Positions 24,757-30,814 of a stretch of 30,814 nucleotides of DNA are shown here, piece by piece. The notes under the pieces were generated by a model. It was not told where the DNA came from and searched no databases. It was given only the letters and a program-made list of their open reading frames with translations. The translations under genes and the position numbers were made by a program. Source of the DNA: a virus (Duplodnaviria > Caudoviricetes); the IMG/VR virus record IMGVR_UViG_3300032247_001180, positions 1-30,814 of that record. One strand, given 5' to 3'. Each line of letters starts with the position of its first letter. Within the stretch, counting starts at the first letter, position 1.

Positions 24757-24772
24757 TATATAGGAGGTGATT

Positions 24773-25975
24773 ATGGAACTTATGCCACATCAAAAAGAAG
24801 TGCTTGAACGACTGAGTAATGGGAAAATATTGTGGGGCGGTGTCGGAAGCGGTAAGTCTGTAGTCGCCTTGGCGTACTATACGCAGAAAGAATTGATCGG
24901 AGATATCTACGTTATAACTACTGCAAAGAAAAGAGATTCTTTGGAGTGGCAAAAAGACGCATCAAAATTCGGCATCAGCACTGAACGAGAGTTTTCTGTC
25001 GCCGGCCAGCTGCATATAGATTCTTGGAACAACATTTCAAAATACGAAGATGTTGAGGACGCATTTTTCATATTTGATGAGCAACGTGTCGTTGGAAATG
25101 GGGCTTGGGTTAAATCTTTCTACAAAATAGCTAAGAAAAACCCATGGCTTATTCTTAGTGCAACACCAGGAGATACATGGCTTGACTATATCCCAGTTTT
25201 TGTGGCAAATGGATATTACAAAAACATAACGGAATTCAAGAGGGAACATGTTGTATATGCTCCATTTTCTAAATACCCAAGAATAGATAAATTTTTGGGT
25301 GTTAAGAAATTAGAAGAGCTTAAGCGCGAAGTTCTTGTAGAAATGCCTTATTTGAGTAATTCTACTAGAATACATAAAGACGTGACTGTTTACTACGACG
25401 TTGATTTATTTAAGCGATCATCTGTAGATAGATGGAACGTCTTTGAGGATAAACCGATTCATGATGCATCTGAGTTATTTGCAGTTATGCGTAAGATTGT
25501 TTATTCTGATAGATCGCGTTTAGAAGCGCTTAGAGCATTGATGGAAAAACACCAGAAGCTTATTGTATTTTACAACTATAACTACGAATTGGATATTCTT
25601 AGAGAATTGTACGATACATGGAGCGACTTTTACGAGATAGGAGAGTGGAACGGGCACAAGAAAGACCAGTTACCGAAAAGCGATAATTGGGTTTACTTAG
25701 TCCAATATACTGCAGGAGCTGAAGGGTGGAACTGCACAGAAACAAATGCTATGGTATTTTATTCGTTGACATATTCGTACAAACAATTCGAGCAAGCACA
25801 AGGAAGAATTGATCGACTTAATACACGTTTTTCGGAACTTTTCTACTATACATTTTATTCAAATAGTTTAGTCGATAGAGCCGTAAGACGTGCTTTGAGC
25901 GAGAAACGAGTCTTCAACGAAAGAAAGTGGATTTATGAGAATTTTCCTAATTTTGACGAAAATGTAAAATTATGA
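24773..25975 (+). CDS. SF2 (SNF2-like) DNA helicase
   Basis: Q motif LMPHQ, Walker A GVGSGKS, motif II FIFDEQ, motif III LSATP, motif V AEGWN, motif VI QAQGRIDR; ATG 24773 follows AGGAGG. Confidence 0.88.
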   Translation: MELMPHQKEVLERLSNGKILWGGVGSGKSVVALAYYTQKELIGDIYVITTAKKRDSLEWQKDASKFGISTEREFSVAGQLHIDSWNNISKYEDVEDAFFIFDEQRVVGNGAWVKSFYKIAKKNPWLILSATPGDTWLDYIPVFVANGYYKNITEFKREHVVYAPFSKYPRIDKFLGVKKLEELKREVLVEMPYLSNSTRIHKDVTVYYDVDLFKRSSVDRWNVFEDKPIHDASELFAVMRKIVYSDRSRLEALRALMEKHQKLIVFYNYNYELDILRELYDTWSDFYEIGEWNGHKKDQLPKSDNWVYLVQYTAGAEGWNCTETNAMVFYSLTYSYKQFEQAQGRIDRLNTRFSELFYYTFYSNSLVDRAVRRALSEKRVFNERKWIYENFPNFDENVKL

Positions 25976-26259
25976 AAATTTTTGTATTTAGTAAAAAAGT
26001 TGTTAAAACGGGTATATCGTCTTCTGACCTGCGGGTTTGCAGACTTTATACCCGTTTTAGCATACTTTTTCTTTTTCTAAAAAAAAAAAAAAATGTTTAA
26101 AAACTTTTCTATTTTTTACCGTATTTATACCTTCTTATATTCGCGCGAAAATAAAAAGTGTATAAATAAGGGTTTTTGTAAGAAAGTTTTTGCTCAAAAT
26201 TTATAAAAAATATTTTTCACAAAAAAGTTCAAAAAACAGGTATAACTAAATGAGGTTTT
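25976..26259. other. AT-rich non-coding region with two long imperfect palindromes; candidate replication origin
   Basis: TAAAACGGGTATA/TATACCCGTTTTA at 26004-26059, a palindrome centred on TTCGCGCGAA at about 26099-26191, and an A15 tract. Confidence 0.45.
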
Positions 26260-26757
26260 ATGGAAGAGATTTGGATAGACGTTTACGAGTTTCCAAATTA
26301 TGCTGTAAGTAATTATGGAAGGGTGCGTAACAACGATAGGTCAAAATTAATTAAGTTAAGTAAAACTAAACAAGGCGCAGTAAAAGTAAATTTTGCATTT
26401 CGTGGAAAACAATATACGAGGTCGGTTAAAGTTTTAGTAGCAGAAAACTTTGTAGATGGAAGATCCTATATATTTGATACACCGATTCATCTTGACGGTA
26501 ACCAAGAAAATAATTATTCAGGAAATATAGTATGGCGACCTAGATGGTTTGCGTTAAAATATTCTAGACAATTTGATAGTACTAGTTTATACAACAAAAC
26601 GCGTAAAATATTTGACAAAAAAACAGGAGAAATTTACGATTCATTATTTGATGCTGCAATAGAAAATGGTTTGCTTTGTTCAGCTCTTTTAATAGATATA
26701 GTTAACCAAAACCCAACTTTCCCAACTGGGCAAATATTTGATTGGGTAAAAAAATAA
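26260..26757 (+). CDS. NUMOD4-domain HNH-like endonuclease
   Basis: EEIWIDV.EFPNYAVSNYGRVRN (NUMOD4) and HLDGNQENN...NIVW (HNH-like). Confidence 0.8.
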   Translation: MEEIWIDVYEFPNYAVSNYGRVRNNDRSKLIKLSKTKQGAVKVNFAFRGKQYTRSVKVLVAENFVDGRSYIFDTPIHLDGNQENNYSGNIVWRPRWFALKYSRQFDSTSLYNKTRKIFDKKTGEIYDSLFDAAIENGLLCSALLIDIVNQNPTFPTGQIFDWVKK

Positions 26758-26765
26758 GTATAACC

Positions 26766-26794
26766 ACGTATAAAAAACATGGTATATAATAGGA
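26766..26794 (+). promoter_or_regulatory. Degenerate promoter-like motif, copy 14
   Basis: ACGTA-taaaaaACAtggta-TATAATAGGA with the same 14-nt spacing; upstream of the nuclease-RNAP genes. Confidence 0.55.
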
Positions 26795-26831
26795 AGAACA
26801 CAACGTTTATCTTTTTTTGTCAGGAGGAGCT

Positions 26832-27128
26832 TTGAAAGAGTCAGAGTTTCAAGCAAAATTAATAAAAAAAATAAAAGAGTTATTACCAGGGTGCACAATA
26901 CTTAAAAATGATTCAAATTATTCACAAGGTGTTCCAGATTTAACTATTTTGTACAAAGAGAAATGGGCAATGCTTGAAGTCAAAGCTTCTAAGACTGCTA
27001 AAGAAAGACCAAACCAAAGATTTTACATAGACGAATTAAACAGGCAGTCTTTTGCTTCGTTTATATATCCAGAAAACGAGGAAGAAATTTTACATGAACT
27101 TCAACTCGCATTCAAACCTGGTAGGTAA
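26832..27128 (+). CDS. VRR-NUC domain nuclease (Holliday junction resolvase-like)
   Basis: TTG start after AGGAGG; ES.FQ, GVPDL and LEVK...RPNQ motifs. Confidence 0.8.
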   Translation: MKESEFQAKLIKKIKELLPGCTILKNDSNYSQGVPDLTILYKEKWAMLEVKASKTAKERPNQRFYIDELNRQSFASFIYPENEEEILHELQLAFKPGR

Positions 27129-27654
27129 GCATTCGTTTTTAAGTCCAAGTAATTATCATTGGATAAACTATAGTGATGAAAAACTTGACTCTAGGTTTTT
27201 GGCGTCACAAGCTGCGGCAAGAGGAACGGCTTTACATAATTTAGCGCATGACGCTATTAGGTTAGGTGTAAAGCTATCAAAGTCTGACCCAACTTTGTCC
27301 ATGTATGTTAATGATGCAATTGGGTATAAAATGATGGTTGAACAGCCTTTATATTATTCTGAAAATTGTTTTGGGCACGTTGATACTATTTCATTTAGAA
27401 AAAACGTTTTGCGTATACACGATTTAAAAACTGGAATAACCCCAGCATCGTTTAGCCAATTAGATGTTTATGCTGCTTTATTCTGTTTGGAATATGGTTA
27501 TTCTCCGTTTAATATAAACGTTGAACTTAGGATATACCAAAATAGAAAAGTAGAAGTAGAACAAGGTGATCCAGAAATAATAACAACAATTATGGATCGA
27601 ATTATATTTTTTGATCAAAGAATTCAAATGCTAAAAAATGGAGGGGCGCAATGA
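27094..27654 (+). CDS. PD-(D/E)XK exonuclease (Cas4/RecB-like, DUF2800-like)
   Basis: Start MNFNSH at 27094; HSFLSPS, RGTALH, FGHVD, IHDLKTG and QLDVYAA motifs. Confidence 0.78.
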   Translation: MNFNSHSNLVGKHSFLSPSNYHWINYSDEKLDSRFLASQAAARGTALHNLAHDAIRLGVKLSKSDPTLSMYVNDAIGYKMMVEQPLYYSENCFGHVDTISFRKNVLRIHDLKTGITPASFSQLDVYAALFCLEYGYSPFNINVELRIYQNRKVEVEQGDPEIITTIMDRIIFFDQRIQMLKNGGAQ

Positions 27655-30329
27655 GTACATTTGTAATAGAAGAAGAAAAATATTTAGCGCACTACGGCAT
27701 TCTTAGAAAAAGTGGAAGGTATCCTTGGGGTTCTGGAGGAACGCAAGACGCAAGAAATCGTTCATTTATTAGTACAATCGAAGGGCTAAAAAAAGAAGGA
27801 ATGAGCGAGACAGAAATTGTTAAATTTTTGGATCTTCCTTCTACAACAGTTCTAAGAGCAGTTAAGTCGATAGCTAAAAGTGAAATAAAAGCAGCAGACC
27901 AAGCAAGAGCCTTAAAGTTAAAAGAAAAAGGCATGTCCAATGTTGAAATTGGAAAAGCTATGGGCGGTTTAAACGAGTCTTCTGTTAGAGCATTATTAGC
28001 GCCAAGCGCAAATAGAAAAGCTGACATATTAGAATCGACATCTAATATGCTTAGAAAACAAGTTGAAGAAAAAAAATATGTAGACGTTGGATCTGGTCAA
28101 GAATATCATGTAGGTGTTAGTTCAACACAGTTCAATATTGCTGTAGCGAGGTTAAAAGAAGAAGGCTACACCTTACATCAAATTTATATACCACAGGTTG
28201 GAACAAAAGGTGGCCAATATACTAACACAAAAGTATTGGCTGGAAAGAATGTAACACTAAAAGAAGTTAACCAGAATAGAAGTTTGATCCGCCAAATATC
28301 TGAAAGATCAGATGACGGCGGGATGTCTTATGGTTCTACACTTCCTCCATTAAGCATAAACCAAAACCGTTTGAAGGTAAGGTACGCCGAAGAAGGAGGC
28401 TCAAAGTTTGACGGTGTTATGTACATACGTCCAGGAGTTTCAGATCTTTCTTTAGGTGGTTCTTCTTACGCTCAAGTTAGAATTTTAGTAGGTAAAAGCC
28501 ATTATTTGAAAGGTATGGCGCTTTATAAAGATGATTTACCGGCTGGTATTGATATTGAATTCAATACAAATAAAAGTAATACTGGCGATAAATTAGATGC
28601 TTTGAAAAAAATAAATACAAACCCAGAAGCAGATAACCCATTTGGCGCAATGATTTCTCGTCAAATTTATAAAACTGATAAAAGCGGAAAAAGAATTTTA
28701 ACTTCTGCGGTTAATATAGTAAACGAAGAAGGTTCTTGGCAAGAATGGTCTAAAAACATCTCTTCTCAGGTATTGTCTAAACAGAAACCAAGTTTTGCGC
28801 AAAAACAGTTAGACATGACGTATGAACGGCGTTTAAACGAGTTTGAAAATATTTCTAAATTAACAAACCCTACTGTTAGGAAAAAACTTTTAGAGGATTT
28901 TGCTGAAGAAACAGATTCTGCGGCAGTCCATTTAAACGCTGCTTCTTTACCAAGGCAGTCCACGCATGTTATACTTCCTTTAGAAAATATAACTCCTTCC
29001 CAAGTTTATGCCCCTAAATTTAAAAATGGCGAAAAAGTTGTTTTGATTAGATTCCCTCATGCTGGACCTTTTGAAATACCAGAATTAGTAGTAAATAATA
29101 AAAATGCAGAAGGAAAAAAAATATTAGGTAATGCTAAAGATGCTATAGGAATTCACCACAGTGTTGCTGAAGTTCTTTCTGGAGCAGATTTTGATGGCGA
29201 TACAGTTCTTGTTATCCCAAATAATTCTGGGAAAATAACTAAAAAATCTCCTTTGCTTGGGTTAAAAGATTTTGATCCTAAAACTGCATACCCATATTAT
29301 GAAGGTATGACTGTTATGTCTAAAACTGGGACGCAAAGAGCTATGGGCGACATTTCTAATTTAATTACTGATATGTCTATTAGAGGCGCTTCTAACACTG
29401 AGCTTGCTGCTGCAGTTAGGCATTCAATGGTTGTGATTGATGCTGAAAAACATAAACTAAACTATAAACAGTCTGCCATAGATAATGGCATACCCAATCT
29501 AAAAAGAAAATATCAAGGTTCTACTAGATCAGGCGCAACAACAATCATATCAAAAAGAAAAAAACCTGAAAAAATACCAGACAGAAAACTTAGGCCTTAT
29601 TCGCAAGGCGGACCAGTAGATAAGAAAACTGGTAAGTTAGTTTATGTTCCAACTGGTAAGTTTTACATTGATAGCGCTGGAAAAAGAATAGACAAAACAA
29701 CTAGAATAGAAGCGCTTAAGTTAACCGACAATGCATTAACTTTGTCTTCTGGTACTGATATAGAAAACATTTATGCTAACCATTCAAATAAATTAAAAGC
29801 TTTAGCTAACAAAGCTAGAAAAGAAGCCGTTAATACAAGTAGAGCTGAATACTCTCCTTCTGCAAAGATTGTTTATGCTAATGAAGTGCAGTCTTTAAAA
29901 GCTCAATTAGTTATAGCAAAAAGAAACAAACCTTTGGAAAGACAAGCGCAGATTGTAGCTAATACAATAATAAAAAGTAAGTTAGATGCTATGCCAGATC
30001 TAGACGACTCTGAAATTAAAAAGGTAAAAGCGAATGCTTTGAATGTTGCTAGAGCTAGAACAGGCGCCAAAAAAGTTAGAGTTAATGTATCGCCTAAAGA
30101 ATGGGAAGCAATACAACATGGAGCCATAAGCGACTCCATGCTCCAAGACATCTTAGCTAATGCTGATTTAGATGTTATAAAAGATTATGCGACACCTAAA
30201 GAAACATTAAAGATGTCAGCTACAAAAACAAGTAGAGCTAATGCAATGCTTAACTCTGGTTATACAAGATCAGAAGTAGCAGAAGCTCTAGGGGTTTCTG
30301 TATCTACTTTAGACAAAGCTACTGCTTAA
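27651..30329 (+). CDS. Putative single-subunit two-barrel (double-psi beta-barrel) RNA polymerase with terminal HTH domains
   Basis: GADFDGD catalytic motif at 29181-29201 preceded by VLIRFP; upstream FDG..YI and QVR.....LKGM motifs; HTH-like segments at both ends. Confidence 0.75.
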   Translation: MSTFVIEEEKYLAHYGILRKSGRYPWGSGGTQDARNRSFISTIEGLKKEGMSETEIVKFLDLPSTTVLRAVKSIAKSEIKAADQARALKLKEKGMSNVEIGKAMGGLNESSVRALLAPSANRKADILESTSNMLRKQVEEKKYVDVGSGQEYHVGVSSTQFNIAVARLKEEGYTLHQIYIPQVGTKGGQYTNTKVLAGKNVTLKEVNQNRSLIRQISERSDDGGMSYGSTLPPLSINQNRLKVRYAEEGGSKFDGVMYIRPGVSDLSLGGSSYAQVRILVGKSHYLKGMALYKDDLPAGIDIEFNTNKSNTGDKLDALKKINTNPEADNPFGAMISRQIYKTDKSGKRILTSAVNIVNEEGSWQEWSKNISSQVLSKQKPSFAQKQLDMTYERRLNEFENISKLTNPTVRKKLLEDFAEETDSAAVHLNAASLPRQSTHVILPLENITPSQVYAPKFKNGEKVVLIRFPHAGPFEIPELVVNNKNAEGKKILGNAKDAIGIHHSVAEVLSGADFDGDTVLVIPNNSGKITKKSPLLGLKDFDPKTAYPYYEGMTVMSKTGTQRAMGDISNLITDMSIRGASNTELAAAVRHSMVVIDAEKHKLNYKQSAIDNGIPNLKRKYQGSTRSGATTIISKRKKPEKIPDRKLRPYSQGGPVDKKTGKLVYVPTGKFYIDSAGKRIDKTTRIEALKLTDNALTLSSGTDIENIYANHSNKLKALANKARKEAVNTSRAEYSPSAKIVYANEVQSLKAQLVIAKRNKPLERQAQIVANTIIKSKLDAMPDLDDSEIKKVKANALNVARARTGAKKVRVNVSPKEWEAIQHGAISDSMLQDILANADLDVIKDYATPKETLKMSATKTSRANAMLNSGYTRSEVAEALGVSVSTLDKATA

Positions 30330-30339
30330 GGCGAATACA

Positions 30340-30585
30340 ATGATAGAATCAATGCTTACAACTGTTGACAATCCTTACTCTCCATTTGAGCAATACGAAG
30401 AGTGGTACACTTGGGATAGAAACAAAGGTTATCACACACCAGAGTTTCTTGCACGTATTGCTATAGTATCTGATGAATTGTCACCTTCTGACTACATGAT
30501 GTCTATTGAATACGCAATAGATGAGATAGTAAAAGAGAATGTCTTGGGACTCTACAAAAAGATTACAAGAGAAACCACGGCATAG
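30340..30585 (+). CDS. Conserved hypothetical phage protein
   Basis: 81 aa, MLTTVDNPYSPFEQYEEW..WD..KGY motif; follows the RNAP-like gene. Confidence 0.72.
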   Translation: MIESMLTTVDNPYSPFEQYEEWYTWDRNKGYHTPEFLARIAIVSDELSPSDYMMSIEYAIDEIVKENVLGLYKKITRETTA

Positions 30586-30608
30586 CTTTTAAACATTATG
30601 GCACTGCG

Positions 30609-30674
30609 GTACCCCCTCACCCAGGTTAACTAAATGAATCGTACCCCCTCACCCAGGTTAACTAAATGAATCGT
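30609..30674. repeat. Perfect 32-bp tandem direct repeat (2 copies)
   Basis: GTACCCCCTCACCCAGGTTAACTAAATGAATC at 30609-30640 and 30641-30672. Confidence 0.92.
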
Positions 30675-30814
30675 TTAATAAATACATTTAAATATTTTAT
30701 ATTACTGTATTTTTATTTTTTATGTAGTTTAATATTTTTTTAAAGGAAAGTATTAAACTATTTTTATGTTAGCCACGGGGGAGGGGGTATTCGGATTATA
30801 CCCCCCCTATGCAT

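Noticed and set aside
26079-26093. A15 homopolymer as a phase-variation tract
   Set aside because: It is intergenic, not tied to a recognisable promoter, and homopolymer length is unreliable in assemblies.
27094-27654. Cas4 as evidence of a CRISPR-Cas system
   Set aside because: It is a stand-alone PD-(D/E)XK nuclease next to VRR-NUC, typical of phage recombination modules. No Fe-S cysteine cluster pattern or other cas genes were seen.
326-30151. Minus-strand ORFs in the track (e.g. 5153..5863, 8942..9280, 21127..21477, 27692..28027)
   Set aside because: They are antisense shadows of well-supported + strand genes, cassettes or RNA elements, with no recognisable motifs.
2427-30329. Stop-codon reassignment (alternative genetic code)
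   Set aside because: Long genes are intact under the standard code, TAA, TAG and TGA all terminate genes, and no suppressor tRNA was found.

Overview
This is a fragment of a low-GC tailed (siphovirus-type) phage genome, and all credible genes lie on the + strand. The SD sequences (GAAAGGA), the GC-rich accessory genes and the gene content suggest a high-GC, probably actinobacterial, host (inference). In order, the window holds: the tail module (partial SGNH-domain protein, chaperone-like protein, gp10-like protein, tape measure, Dit-like, Gp37-like), a Dp-1-type holin, conserved hypothetical genes, a 1231-aa helicase/primase/family-B DNA polymerase fusion, an SSB-like gene, a tRNA and structured-RNA region, a DNA glycosylase, an SF2 helicase, an AT-rich palindromic region, NUMOD4-HNH, VRR-NUC and PD-(D/E)XK nucleases, and an 892-aa DFDGD-motif RNA polymerase-like protein. 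The most striking feature is a second layer of organisation. Fourteen copies of a promoter-like motif (WCGCA-N6-ACA-N5-YATAATGAG) and nine hairpins with variable stems but a conserved TTAAACA-type loop delimit small self-contained cassettes. Ten cassettes carry short, mostly membrane, GC-richer ORFs that avoid TTA and ATA codons. Four carry no convincing ORF and look like small structured RNAs. The four phage tRNAs read exactly the AT-rich codons (TTA, ATA twice, AAA) used by the core genes. All family assignments come from motif recognition by eye, with no database searches.
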